From Schmidtea polychroa (Eukaryota): DNA of 64,000 nucleotides. Positions 32,400-45,778 of this stretch are shown in pieces. Below the pieces are notes generated by a model that was not told the DNA's origin, ran no database searches, and saw nothing but the letters and a program-made list of their open reading frames with translations. The DNA lies in the NCBI GenBank assembly GCA_044892525.1, contig CM097887.1:10974001-11038000 (forward strand), in the 5' to 3' direction. A program made the position numbers and the translations under genes. Position 1 is the first letter of the stretch. Each line of letters starts with the position of its first letter.

Positions 32400-34700
32400 A
32401 CGGTCTTATCAGAATCTATATAAATCTTATATGTCGAGTATATCAGAAAGAGCTCCTATTTTAAAAAGTTTGATCCATCAAATAGAAAACATATATGGTC
32501 TTGCCAATAATCTTCACGTAGAAGGTGCGACAGATGAATTAGCGTGCAATTCAATTTTGTATTAAAGAAATTGCAATAATGTTTGCAGTAATGTTGCGTA
32601 AAGGAATGGCTTCGAACCAACGAGTTTTGCGGTCAACCATTGTTAACAAGTAAGAGAAACCGTAGTCACTCGGAAGGGGACTAACAATATCTATGTGCAA
32701 AACCTCGAAACTATTACCTGTAGCGTAGTGGATAATGGGAGGTCTCCTATGTTTGGTTATCTTATGTCGTTGGCATTTTACGCATTGTGCTACCTAGAGT
32801 TTTATATCGTGTCTCATGCTAGGCCAAACTACCTGTGAATGTAATAAGTTAAATGTGGCATTGAAACCCGGGTGATGCAGGTCATGAACTGATTGGAAAG
32901 CCATCTTTCTCACATGAACACTAAGAATCGGACGGAATGTTCGGCTAAGCGATGAGTCGCAGTGGACAACGTGTTTATCTCCGAATTTCAATATGTTCAT
33001 GGACATTGGAGGATAATTTTGTAGGTCGCTAATGGAGAACAGAGGTTTAATATAGCGTTGATGTTACGCGAAAGATGATCAGCGATTATATTTTCTTTGC
33101 CGGCAATGTGGAAAATCTGGCAAGAAAATTCTGATATGAAGCTGATCTGACGTTTCTGACGAGGTAAAGGGTCTTTCATAGTAAAGAGATACAAAAGCGG
33201 TTTATGGTCTGTATGCATGTTGAAAGAACGGCCTTCAAGCAGGTGTCTGAAATGTTTAATCGCCTGGTAAATAGCTAGAAGCTAGCGATCAAAAGCTGAG
33301 TATTTCTATTGGGCAGATGAAAGTTTTTTGGAATAAAACCATAGAGGTTCTGCGACAAGCCGTTAATTTGATGCAACACGCCGCGGATAGCTATGTTTGA
33401 AGCGACAGGTCTTTTTTGGGATAATGTAATGTCTGTATTTCCGACAAAGAATTTTTTGCTCTTTCAAATGCTTCGAAAGAATCCTTATTCCAGATAACTA
33501 AAGATTTCATTGGCTTAGAACAAAGACCTGAAAGTGGTGAAAGAATTTCATAAACTTTAGGGATGAATCTATGGTAGTAGTTCACCATTCCAAGAAAGCT
33601 TCGCAGTTGTGTTACTGTTTTCGGAAGAGGAAAATTGCGAATCTTGTCAAGTCTGTCCGAACTTCATCGCGAGAAATAATGTGTCCTAAAAACGAACTTC
33701 TTCCTTGAAAAATGAGCATTTATCACAGTTGATCTGCAGATTATGTACATGAAATGCGTTAAGAACTGCGTCTAAATCGTGTTTGTGAGTCTCTACGTCC
33801 TTCGAACCTATGAGGATATCGTCTATATATATAGAATTGCAAATGGTAAATCCATTAAAATTTGATCAATGTACCTCTGGGAGGTTTGGGCAGAATTCCG
33901 AAGACCAAAAGATATTCGAAAAGCCCGATAGGCGTCAAAACGGCAGTTTTTTCAATGTAAGAAATTCTGACGGGTACTTGGTGATATGCTTTGACGAGGT
34001 CTATTGTGGAAAATACCCTTGTAAAGAATGTCGTTAACTAAAGGCATGGAATATGAATCATGTATTGTGATCATATTCAAATGACGATAATCACCGCAAG
34101 GTCGAAAAGTATTGTCCTTTTTGGGGACAAGATGTAATGGTAAAGACCATGGTGACTTTGATCTTCTAACGATTCCTTCGTTCAAAAGTTAAGAGAATTT
34201 AGAACGGACGAAGTCAAGTTTCTCATTTGAGCGTGGACGAACTTTACAACGAAAAGGAAGAGGCTGTTGTCTCAATAAAATGATAATATAGTGCGAATGA
34301 GTTAACCTTCAGCTTTTTTTCGCTGTTAGAATATTTCTCTAAAATAGTGACAGCTATCTTAGGGTGAAAGGATTTTGTGGGCACTTGAATGATGGCGGAC
34401 GACTTCTGAAAGTCATGGGTGTCCGTGTCGGTAAGTAATGTCTGATTTGTGTAGTTGTGTGTCCGCCAAAGGCGTGAACGACAAATTGTGAGAGCTCAAA
34501 AAGTCTGAGTCAAGAATCGGATGGATAACGTCTGCGACACAAAACTTCCACACGAAAGATCGATTTAAAGATGGCAATATGAAATTGGCTGAAGAAGAAC
34601 CGTGTGTATTGGCTGTTCTTCCGTTTGCAGCTTTCAGGGTGAAAACGGAATCGTCACAATTCATATTGCAATGGCAAAATGGAAAGACTGGAAAATCAAA
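32400..34700 (-). mobile_element. Degraded Ty3/Gypsy pol (protease-RT-RNaseH-integrase)
   Basis: LKAANG...HG...FVWKFCVADV.HPIL.SDFL (protease); SKSPWSLPLHLVPKKD...RPCGDYRHLN (RT); HTDHKPL (RNaseH); HDLHHPG...VWP and LHIDIVSPLP...LLTMVDR.TRWFEAIPL (integrase); many stops and frameshifts. Confidence 0.9.
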
Positions 34701-37107
34701 ATTTTGAGTTAATTTTCTAGAAAATTGAATATATTGAAACTGGAGCCGATGTAATCGGACTCCTGTCGGCTGAGAATTGCCGATATCAATTCTCATCATT
34801 TTCCCTCTCCTTACCAATCAGAAGAAAGGAGGGAAGAAAGATGGACTATTACATATATATTTTATTAATTATTTATTTATTTATTTTTTTTATTTTTTTT
34901 TTACCCAACACAATAATTTTATTCAAGACCAATACAAGTACACTTGTTGATTACACTCTTTATTGAACAATTACAATCTTTAATAACTCTTTGATCTGCA
35001 CTTTTCAATACTACAATAAATCTCACGTAGGGATAATCTTCCAAAGGGAGATGTCCCTTTCTGGTACGTTCGATTTCTAAATATCTAGTTATCACAACTG
35101 CTAAATTCTTTTACTCACTCGTTTAATCCTACTAACTTTTCTTCGACCAACTGGCAATTATGTTTCTTTGCTGGCTCCTTTTGTACTTGACCCGTCAATT
35201 GATTTTAATTCGTCAAGCCCTTCGTATCCAATTTCCCGGGCTTCCTCCTATCTCTTTCTCTCATTGTCCTAATTTAATTTTCGTCGGCCGATCTAATTTC
35301 ACCTTTGATTGACCATTTAGGCTCTCCCATGACGCTAGGGCTTTCTATTATCTCGGGCTTCCCATTATCTCGGGTTTTTCATTATCTCGGGTTTCTTATT
35401 AGCTCGGGTTCTCCATTAGCTCGGGTTTCCCATTAGCTTGAGCTTCCCATTAGTTAATTAATTTTTAATTAATTTTTGTTTTTTGTAATTTATTCTTTCT
35501 AGGGACCCCCCATTGATTTTATTTTATTATATTTGAACTCGTCTCATAATTTGGCATCCGCCCATACCAGTTTCCCCCGAAATTATTCCATTTTTGTTTT
35601 TTTGATTATTTTAATTAATCTCTTTGTATTTTAAATTTATTATTATGAATTTGGTGTTTTCATTGATTTTCACCTCAATTTTGTATCTCTTTTATTGAAC
35701 CCCAACATATCTCCCGCTTTAATGTAGATTCGTCCTCGAATCTGTACATTTCTTATAGTTTAAAATAATAATAATAATAGTAATAATACTAATAACAATA
35801 ACAATAATAATAATAACAATAATAATAATCACAATAATTACAACAATAATGATAATAGTAATTAATGTTTTTTCAATTTATTTTTGTTAAAATTTAATTA
35901 TTTAGGAAAAATTTTTTTTTTAATTTAAGAAATAATTTAATTATTTTTCTTTACTTAATTCGCCGATCAACTGGAGCCGATGTAAATTGTTTTCAGTAAA
36001 ATTATTTTAGACATTTTGTGTAGTTAATCTAAATTTATAAAATATCTAAATTTATAAAATTTCTACTGATCACATTTTCCATTTTAAAGATCAATCAAAT
36101 ATCAAAATTATTTTGAGTTAATTTTCTAGAAAATTGAATATATTGAAACTGGAGCCGATGTAATCGGACTCCTGTCGGCTGAGAATTTCCGATATCAATT
36201 CTCATCATTTTCCCTCTCCTTACCAATCAGAAGAAAGGAGGGAAGAAAGATGGACTATTATATATATATATATTTTTAATTATTTATTTATTTATTTTTT
36301 TTTTACCCAACACAATAATTTTATTCAAGACCAATACAAGTACACTTGTTGATTACACTCTTTATTGAACAATTACAATCTTTAATAACTCTTTGATCTG
36401 CACTTTTCAATACTACAATAAATCTCACGTAGGGATAATCTTCCAAAGGGAGATGTCCCTTTCTGGTACGTTCGATTTCTAAATATCTAGTTATCACAAC
36501 TGCTAAATTCTTTTACTCACCCGTTTAATCCTACTAACTTTTCTTCGACCAACTGGCAATTATGTTTCTTTGCTGGTTCCTTTTATACTTGACCCGTCAA
36601 TTGATTTTAATTCGTCAAGCCCTTCGTATCCAATTTCCCGGGCTTCCTCCTATCTCTTTCTCTCATTGTCCTGATTTAATTTTCGTCGGCCGATCTAATT
36701 TCCCCTTTGATTGACCATTTAGGCTCTCCCATGACGCTAGGGCTTTCTATTATCTCGGGCTTCCCATTATCTCGGGTTTTTCATTATCTCGGGTTTCTTA
36801 TTATCTCGGGTTCCCCATTAGCTCGGGTTCTCCATTAGCTCGGGCTTCCCATTAGTTAATTAATTTTTAATTAATTTTTGTTTTTTGTAATTTATTCTTT
36901 CTAAAGACCCCCCATTGATTTTATTTTATTATATTTTATTTTATTATATTTTGAACTCATAATTTGGCATCCGCCCATACCAGTTTTCCATTTTTGTTTT
37001 TTTGATTATTTTAATTAATCTCTTTGTATTTTAAATTTATTATTATGAATTTGGTGTTTTCATTGATTTTCACCTCAATTTTGTATCTCTTTTATTGAAC
37101 CCCAACA
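34701..37107 (-). mobile_element. Non-coding two-LTR element (TRIM-like) related to the LTR family of elements A and B: ~1-kb direct repeats 34701-35707 and 36110-37107
   Basis: Both repeats begin TGTTGGGG on the minus strand; the 35707 copy is preceded by a PPT (AAAGCGGGAGATA) and TCGAGGACGAA; both carry the 17-bp CTAATGGGAAACCCGAG array; the internal spacer is ~400 bp with (AAT)n. Confidence 0.7.
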
Positions 37108-37139
37108 TTTTTGTCTTCCAATTTTGATAATCATATTTT

Positions 37140-37525
37140 CATGAACGGAAAATTATTCAAACTTTTTTTTTGCTTGAATTATTCGTATCCAAAATGATTA
37201 TATCAGCATTTATTATCCTTCCAAAGTCTTTGTTAGTTAAATGGGAAAGAGAATTAAAGGCTTGAACTCCAAATTTATTGGTATTGACCTATTTTGGAAA
37301 AGACAAAGAAGATAAATGGAGAAATAAAAAAAAATTCAGCATGGAGGAATATTAAGAATTATATATGGTACTGTTATCCATACTTGGAATGACTTTAATT
37401 CTGAGGAAGATTTCAATTGGAATATTTTGTTCCTCGTCAAAGGTAACACAATCAAGAATCCTTCATCGCAAACTTTCAAAATTGTTAATACATTAAGAGC
37501 TGACATACGAATTGCCATCATATAA
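37140..37525 (+). pseudogene. SNF2-family helicase (ERCC6L/PICH-like) pseudogene fragment
   Basis: GK.IIQT.FFL...IILPKSLLVKWERELKA*TP...YFG...(frameshift)HGGIL..IYG.V...W...FNWNILFL(VKG)NTIKNPSSQT...L.A..RIAI; in-frame TGA, a frameshift and a decayed DE box. Confidence 0.65.
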
Positions 37526-38106
37526 TCATCATATATTGAATATTTTCTTTTTTTTCAAATAGAAAGATTTAACCACGAATCAATTTTTATGATTTCTGAT
37601 TTAATAATTTCAAGCAGCAATTTTTACCACTTTATTATCCCTTTCACTGTGTGTAAAAATAGATGATAAATTGAAGGTTAAGGTTATTGGGATGTGTAAC
37701 CCCAACACTAACTATAAAAATGTGACAAAAAGAAAACCACACTGCTTTGTAGGAATAATAATATTGATGAGAAATAATAATAACAATAATGATAATAAAA
37801 TAACACTAATAATGATATATTAGCATTATTATCAACAACCCCAATAATAATACTAACAATAATAGTAATAAGAACTTTTATTTCTTCCAATTTCACTATT
37901 GATTATTTTTCCATTGAATTTATTAAAAAGAGAGTTTGAAGACTATAAATCAGTAATATATCGATGTTTATTGATCTCACGAATTTTCGGCACTGCCTTT
38001 TTCAAGTGAATTTTTGGTCAATATTGAGACTGAACAATAGATTTCAAGCAAGTAGATCATCCATGAACGCTGCAGCACAAATCTGAAGTGTAATTGATCT
38101 ATAAAC

Positions 38107-38113
<7 letters not shown>

Positions 38114-38178
<65 letters not shown>
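38114..38178. repeat. (AT)n microsatellite
   Basis: Perfect AT run. Confidence 0.97.
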
Positions 38179-38181
<3 letters not shown>

Positions 38182-38399
38182 ATTATGAAATGTGGTAATC
38201 GATAAAATAAACGGCGAAGTTCTATAAAAATAAGAATAATAACTATAATAATAATGATGATGATAATAATACTAATTATACTGATGATGGTAATTAATAA
38301 TATTAATAATAATCATAATAATAATAAAATAATTAAGAATTTAATAAGTATTGATAATAATGATAATTAATATTCTGTAATAATAATAATAAAATAGAG

Positions 38400-39880
38400 C
38401 AGGGGTTCCCAAACTTTTACCAGTCGAGACCCACTATTTAGACCGCAAAGTTTTCGCGACCCACCTGTAAATAAAACAAGAAAAAAGCTAAAAATGTTGA
38501 TTTACATATTTATTTAACACGCATATTTAAGAATAATTAATAGGATGAATGAGATGAATGAGCCTGCTTTCTATTTTTTGCAATAACATCTTCGACATCT
38601 ACTTTTATATTTGTTGTTTTTAAGCGAAATGAGTTTGATAGCTGTAATTTGTTGCGATATTTATTTTTTATTGCAATCATTGACGAAAATGCAACCTCGC
38701 ATAGATAAGAAGTTGTGAAAGGAAGCAATACTTTTAACGCTGCGGTGCGTAAAGTTGGATATGTGTTTTGCACCGATAACCAAAACTGTAACAATTTCGT
38801 ACCGTCAAAATGTAATTTAACAACACTATCTTCGAATAGCTCAATTAATTCCTCATCCGCTATCGTCGATATACCGGTAACTAAACCACTTTGAAATGGA
38901 TTTTGAACCCATGTATATTTTTCTAGATTTTTCATTTCTCCATAGAAATAAAAATCAAAATTTTCTTTAAGTCTGTCCAAATGCTCAATTATTAAAGAAA
39001 TTAAATCGTTATTGGGCGTTACTTCATTTTCAATGATAAAAGTTTGGAATGTATCAAAGCAGTCATATTTATTTTCTTGAACATTATTTTTCCACAACAT
39101 AAGTTTTTTTGTAAAAGCTTTTATTTTACCATGAACCGAAAATATATCAATTCCATTTGTTCCTTGTAATTGTAAATTTAAATCGTTCAATTTCGAAAAT
39201 ATATCTGCTAAATAAGTCAGCAAAACTACATATTTCACATCGCGCAAATTTGATTTGTTTATGTTCATGTAAATATATTGCTACTTCTTCGCGAAGTTCA
39301 ACAAGTCTTGTCAGGACTTTGCCTTTCGATAGCCAGCGAACATAGCCTTTTCATTAATGCTGATGAAGCGAGAAAATAGATTTTTTGAATTATTTAATTC
39401 CTGTAATTTGGTTTTAAAATAATCAATAGGCTTATTTTTTAAATCGGAATGTTTCGTCTCAAAATGTCGTATTAATTTGTTAGGTCGCATACTTTCATTA
39501 GCCAGAATTTCTTGACAAATAACACACTGTGGGCGTGGATCATCTTCTTTTCTATTCCATGTAAATCCAAATTTTAGATATTCAGAATCATATTTTCTTT
39601 TGCCACGTTTTGATGATTGCGAACTTGTTGAAGGATTCTCACCAAATTTTCTCTTATTATCTGTTTTTGTTGCTACAGAACCTTCTTTTTCTTTTTCATT
39701 TTCAATTTGTTTGATTTTGCCCAGGAGTCTTTTTCAACCACTTATCCATCGCAGCAATGGTTCTTTAAAAATAAGAATATTAAGAACTTTATTTATTACA
39801 TGAAATACTATAGCACTAAATTTAAAAAATACTTACATTTGATTTTAAATTATGTTTTTTATTAACGAAACACTTTTATT

Positions 39881-39959
<79 letters not shown>

Positions 39960-40329
39960 TTTTTATTAGCAACACAACACCGTACTTAGTCCAAAACAAA
40001 ATTTGCACTGGTTGTCTGAATATTTAAAGTTTGTAATCCTAAATTTCTAATTAACCGTTATTTGTGTTTGGTTGCCTGGTTAAAATGTAGAAAAGTGGTT
40101 GCTATGATGCGATTATTAAAAAAAAGTTCTAAATACAAAAATTTGCTAAAAAGAAGTTTAATTTTTAAACCACCTAAAAATATGCAATAATTTTTTGTCG
40201 CAAACCTACTTATATATAAATATTGTGACAAGTTAAGTAAAAGCAAATTAATATGCTCAGTAATACAAATATTAAATTTTTGGCGACACACCGAAAATAG
40301 CTTCGCGACCCACACTTTGGGAACCGCTG
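38400..40329 (-). mobile_element. hAT (Buster/Charlie; ZBED5/SCAND3-like) transposon, internally deleted
   Basis: TIRs CAGGGGTTCCCAAA / TTTGGGAACCGCTG; 8-bp TSD AAATAGAG/CAATAGAG; BED finger PQCVIC...LIRHFETKH; RWLSKGKVL.RL.ELREEV; YLADIFSKLNDLNLQLQG; LLPFTTSYLCEVAFS; also contains an (AT)n run at ~39886-39954. Confidence 0.92.
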
Positions 40330-40478
40330 CAATAGAGTAATAGCAATAATAATAATTAATAATAATAATTAGAGAAATTTAAAAATTACTAAAAAAAATT
40401 TGCATAAATTAGTAAACGCGAAAATTTCTTTTAATAGGCTATTTAATATATAAAACTTTAAATTTATTAAACTTTTTT

Positions 40479-40727
40479 ATGAATTCAGCCACAGATCTCA
40501 CCTCATATTCTTCAGTCTTTGAATTAAACTCAGAATATGATTCTATAGAAGAATTTTTATTGCTATACGGACATTATTCAATGATCAATAAGATTAATTA
40601 CAAAGTCAAGCATAGAAATAAGAGCAGATTGACTATTGGATGCTCAGATTTAAACTGTGGTTTCCATCTTTCACTAATCTACAGATTAGAAACTAATAAT
40701 TCCTGGTCCGCTATCCGGGCATATTGA
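40479..40727 (+). mobile_element. Mutator/MULE transposase N-terminal (MuDR DNA-binding-like) fragment
   Basis: EEF..L...Y...N...YKV..RNKSR....C....C.F.L......W spacing typical of MuDR N-terminal domains; by eye only. Confidence 0.45.
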
Positions 40728-40990
40728 TACCATTTCAGATACTTTTTAGTCTCATCAGAAGAATAGGAATTTATTTCTATAATATAAGGTTATATATGTT
40801 TAAAATATATGAAAGTTGATATAATATGGCATTTGATGCTTGTTAGTATCTGCTTTTCCCGAACTTTGAGTGTTAATTGTATCAATCATTAAATTACAAA
40901 TAAATTCATGCTTTCAAAAATATGTAATTTATTACACAATCGGCTCCGGTTCCAGCTACAGCTCCGACCTCTACTATGTTTTTTACTTAA

Positions 40991-42675
40991 CCCTTTCTAA
41001 GGCAAAGGAAACTAAAAGTGATGTAAAACTCAAAGTTTATTGATAATAATTATATAGTTACAAATGATCATCAAAAAATAAAAACAGATAAAAAAACAAG
41101 AGGCTTTTAGGGAGAGCTATTCGTGAAATTTCTTGAAGCAGTTTATGCACAGAGCTAGATTACATGTTGTGCATCCAATATTCGACCTTTTGTTGTTTGT
41201 CTTCGAGCTACAAAATCTTTTTTTATTCTTTAGTGAAGTTGATAATTTCTTTATCACTTTACTTCCTAGGCCCTCTTCGACCCCATCTTCAAGCTTTCCG
41301 GTATAAACATCAAATTGGTATAAATAGCCTGTGTTCGAGTCCGCCCTAGCCCAAACTTTATATCCACGCTTTACAGGATTCATAGGCATATATTGTTTAA
41401 TGCCTGAAAGGCCTTTGAATTTAATCATAGCCTCATCAATTGACTGCAAACTAGATGAGTGGCACTCTATCTTAAATTTGGTATTCAATATGTCAATAAG
41501 AGACCGTACGTTATATAGCTTGTCGCGATTAGCACAGCTCACTGCAGGAGCTTGACTGTTATCATTGCAATGCAGTGCTTCCAATATTGTTTTGAATCGT
41601 TTTATAGGCATGCAGTCAGCTATAGGCTTTACTAAAAACAATGGGTCTGATGACCAAAACGAATCAATGGATGGTAAATAATGAAGCGCCATACCAATCA
41701 AGATGCCAAAAAATGCGTTTAGTTCTTCTAGAGTGACAGGAACCCAGTTCTTAATTTTTACTTGTTGTGCATAAAGATTAGTTTGGTTCACTAAGTCTGT
41801 AATTACTTGGGCATCATAAAATCTTTGAAAATATACAACTGGTCCATCTGTACAGAAAAATTGTATGTTGGACTTACATTTACAGTATCAAAATCGATTG
41901 GTAAATCTCTTTCATGTTGGAGTTCACCTTTATTCCATATGGATTCTTCACTTCAGAGTCTACTTCCATATTTTCTTCGGGTAAAGAACTAGAAAGAGAC
42001 TCATTGTCGCTCAAATAACATACTTCCATCAAATTATCAATTGCGGTAGATTGAGGGCAGGATTAGTTGGATTGATCAGGAACACTGACAGTAGCTTCCA
42101 ATATTTCATCATCTTCAAAGCCATCAAATGAATTATTGTCATCAAAATTTTCCAACTCCGTCTCGATATCTTCAATGTTCAAAAATTTCTTAGAAGTCAT
42201 TTCTAAACAATTGAATAATTGAAATAAAAGGTTGAATATATAGTGACATTCAAAGGCAGTGGCAAGTACGTGGCCACCAATGCTACCATCAAACGGGCAG
42301 TGTACACTATCTTGCCACCCAAAGTTTTGCAACAAAATTTTCAAAATATAGATATAGTAGAAGGAAAATAATAATTTCATAGGAATACTGCATTATTTAT
42401 CGCATCAAAATAATAAATAATATACCTTTTGAATCGAAGATCAATTATATAAATGAAGATTTATGTAGTAGGTCACACACACTTGCTTGTCAGCTGTCAA
42501 TAAATATAGCGGGAAAACACATCTATGGTTTCAAATACTATAAATTTGTTCTCTTGTGGCTCAATATATGTCAGTAGTTGTACCAAAAGTAAAAGTGATT
42601 ACCGACAGCGTTACATTTAGATATTTTTATTAGTTTAAAATGGTGTACAGTATATTGCCACCACCTTAGAAAGGG
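40991..42675 (-). mobile_element. piggyBac element with intact ends and an internally deleted transposase
   Basis: TTAA TSDs (40987-40990, 42676-42679); perfect 12-bp TIR CCCTTTCTAAGG; SIDEAMIKFKG...KQYMPM.PVKRGYKVW...YLYQFDVYTGK fused directly to the C-terminal C..C...C..CF..FH. Confidence 0.93.
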
Positions 42676-44432
42676 TTAATCAATATGTATAAAAATAAGA
42701 CAATTTTTTTTTGAATTCTTATTTTTTATTCATGATTGATTTTTTTAAATTTTTGTTTTACAAGCTTTAAATTGCGCCTTGCATATTTGCTCTTTGTCTC
42801 ACTTTTTTGAAAAGCATAGACATTTATAGAAGTTACCATCTGGTATTATTGTAAAATAATTAAATAGTGCAGAATTATCCAGTCCTTCAAAAATACAAAA
42901 TTAAGTATAAATATTAAATAAGGATAATATTTAATTTTTTGAACTTATTAAAGTTTATATATTTTAAACACTTAAATTTTATTTTTTAATAGGACGACGA
43001 AAATCAAACTTTCACAATTTAGTTAGGTATTTCAATTTAAAAAAATTACCGATGCTCTCCAATAAATATGAGCATGTATTTATACAAAAGTATTACATTT
43101 TTAAAAAAACCGTAACATTTGTAAATTACAACGGTATAGTATTTTAATTTTTATTGTTACAATTAAAAGGCAACAATGTTTTTTCAGATTTTCTTTTTAA
43201 CAATTAATTTTGAATAAAACCAGTCTGTATTTTATTTCATGTTTATAAGTTAAATTTTTAAAATATTCTTAGATACTGTTAGTAAAATCAATAACTAAAA
43301 ATAATTAAATAAATAGTTATACAAATTCTCAATTGTTGTTTGTATGTATGTAAGTTTTATTTAATAATGTTGAAAATTTCCCTTAAAATTTATAATTTTT
43401 TGGGGGTTGGAGCCAGATCCAAACTATTTTAATCAGCTTCGGCTCCGGCTCCACAGTACTGGAAGAAATAAGGTTAGTTATTTTAGCCATATTTATTTAA
43501 CACAATATTTAAACATAGATCTGTTAAATAAAAATTACAAGTGTTAAGGTTCTCAAATCTCAACTTGATGGCTCCTATATAAATAAGAACACAAACACTG
43601 GTTCAATAAATTTATTTGATTATCACAATTTCAAATTAAATAATATAAAATTACCAATCACCTCAAAAAAATAATTAATGTTTTTATATATTTATTTATT
43701 GCAATTCTTCTTAGAAGCTTTTATTTTTTGGGTAATTTGACTGAGAAATCAGTCGACTTATATATAAAATCCCTGTTGACACTCTATTTCGAATGTCAAT
43801 ACACTCTATTCTGTTAAAGTCAATAGAATTTCTGTTTAAAAAGTGCAGATTTTAATTGTTACTATTTTTGGAATTATTCCTTTATCCAGAATCTCTAATG
43901 TATTTTTCTTTGTCATTGATCTAAAACAATTAATCAATAAGTATTCCTAATAATTCAATAAAAGATTTAAACTATATGTTGATTTGAACAATGTTAAAAT
44001 AATTTTCATTGTATTCGATTTTGTATGTCTTTATGATATTTTATTAAATAATCAATTATATTTTTGTAATTTATCATCAAATAAGGGAGGGGGTTGTTTT
44101 TAGCTGAAATTCTTAGTTTTTTTCAAATTTGGCATATGTTTAAGTCTCATTGCATTTTGTTTTGCAGCATTTGTAAAATTGTACTATTATTATCATATTA
44201 TTAATTAATTTTGAATTTCCCGTTATACTTCTAATTAGAAAAAAAAATTTTTTTAATTAAAATTTTAAATTAAATTTTTTCATAGTGCACTTATTGCACA
44301 AAATAAACAATTCCGAAAAACAAACACAATCAACCAAATGGTTGACTTCTCCCACAAAGTAAATAATCAACCAAATCGTTGATCTGAATTGCGCACGAAA
44401 AGTAAATATTGTGCCACAGTGCACTTAAAACA

Positions 44433-44622
44433 NNNNNNNNNNNNNNNNNNNNNNNNNNNNNNNNNNNNNNNNNNNNNNNNNNNNNNNNNNNNNNNNNNNN
44501 NNNNNNNNNNNNNNNNNNNNNNNNNNNNNNNNNNNNNNNNNNNNNNNNNNNNNNNNNNNNNNNNNNNNNNNNNNNNNNNNNNNNNNNNNNNNNNNNNNNN
44601 NNNNNNNNNNNNNNNNNNNNNN
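44433..44622. other. Assembly gap (N run)
   Basis: Run of N. Confidence 1.
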
Positions 44623-45115
44623 ATTTTAATATTATCAACAAATAAGATAAATTTATTCGTATGGGGTTTATTTTATTATAATGTCACCACGAAACAATAT
44701 AATTGCATAAATAAATAATTTAGTTCACATCAAATTGTTAATAATCAAATATAAGTTATTATCAATATGGTAATGTCACATAATCCCATAGATATTGTCA
44801 TTATTGATTATTGTCCACATGTTTATTTATCCTGTGCCTATTTGTTCCTATTGTGTAATATTTAAGTTTCAAAATCTTTAATGTTCTTCCATCTTCTAAC
44901 ACAAGTAAAATAACATAAATTATACAATTATATTTTTCTTTGAAAATATCGTAGATTTTCAATTTTTAATTATAAGTTAAAATATTGTAAGTTTTTACCA
45001 TTTAGCCTGATAGGCATATATATAAATATCTGGGCCTAGATTTACACTGCTCCAATTTGTGTCTTTTATTCAATTTGCATCGACATTTTAAAATTATTCT
45101 ATCAAAAAATAAATG

Positions 45116-45778
45116 TGTTGAGGCTGTTAAATTAAAATTATCTTAAATTAAATTAGAATTATTTTGAATCAAAAGAAAATTGAAGTGAAACGAAAGAGAA
45201 TCGCAATCAAGCAGAGAATTGAAGTCAAAGAAAGACATAAGGAAAACAGAAGGAGGAAAAGGTGTAAGCAGATACGGAATGGAAAAAAATGCAAATCGGA
45301 GAAATTGGAATAAATTGAAAAGTTATCAAAATCGAAGCTGGAAAACGGAATAGGTGTAGATCAGGGATTGGCGAAGAAGATAGCGAGCAAGAAATTGTCA
45401 GAAAATGTCTTGAAAGGGTCGAAAACAGGTAAAAAGGTTAAAACAGAAATCATTAATTAATTAATTAATTGGCTAATGGAAAACCCGGGCTAATGGGAAG
45501 TCCGAGCCAATGGAGAACCCGAGAGATGAAGAAACCTCGAGCACGGTTATTAGGGAAAATAAACAAACCGAACGTTGGAGAACGATTATCAAAACAAACA
45601 AAACGACTTTTGGAGAGACATTATCTTAACAACCGAGCGCGGCAATCGAGAAAAATAAACAGTTTAACTTTTAGAGAACTATTATGGAATCAACAGGATA
45701 AGTGAGGGTAAATAAAAAGATCGGAAATAACATGAAGGAACGGTAGAAGTGATTAATTATAGTTATTTTATCATAATA
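45116..45778 (+). repeat. Truncated 5' LTR of element B
   Basis: Near-identical to 51808-52471, then breaks off. Confidence 0.92.

Noticed and set aside
45469-45705. Identical 78-aa ORFs at 45469 and 52162
   Set aside because: A by-product of the LTR duplication; non-ATG start and overlaps the 17-bp regulatory array.
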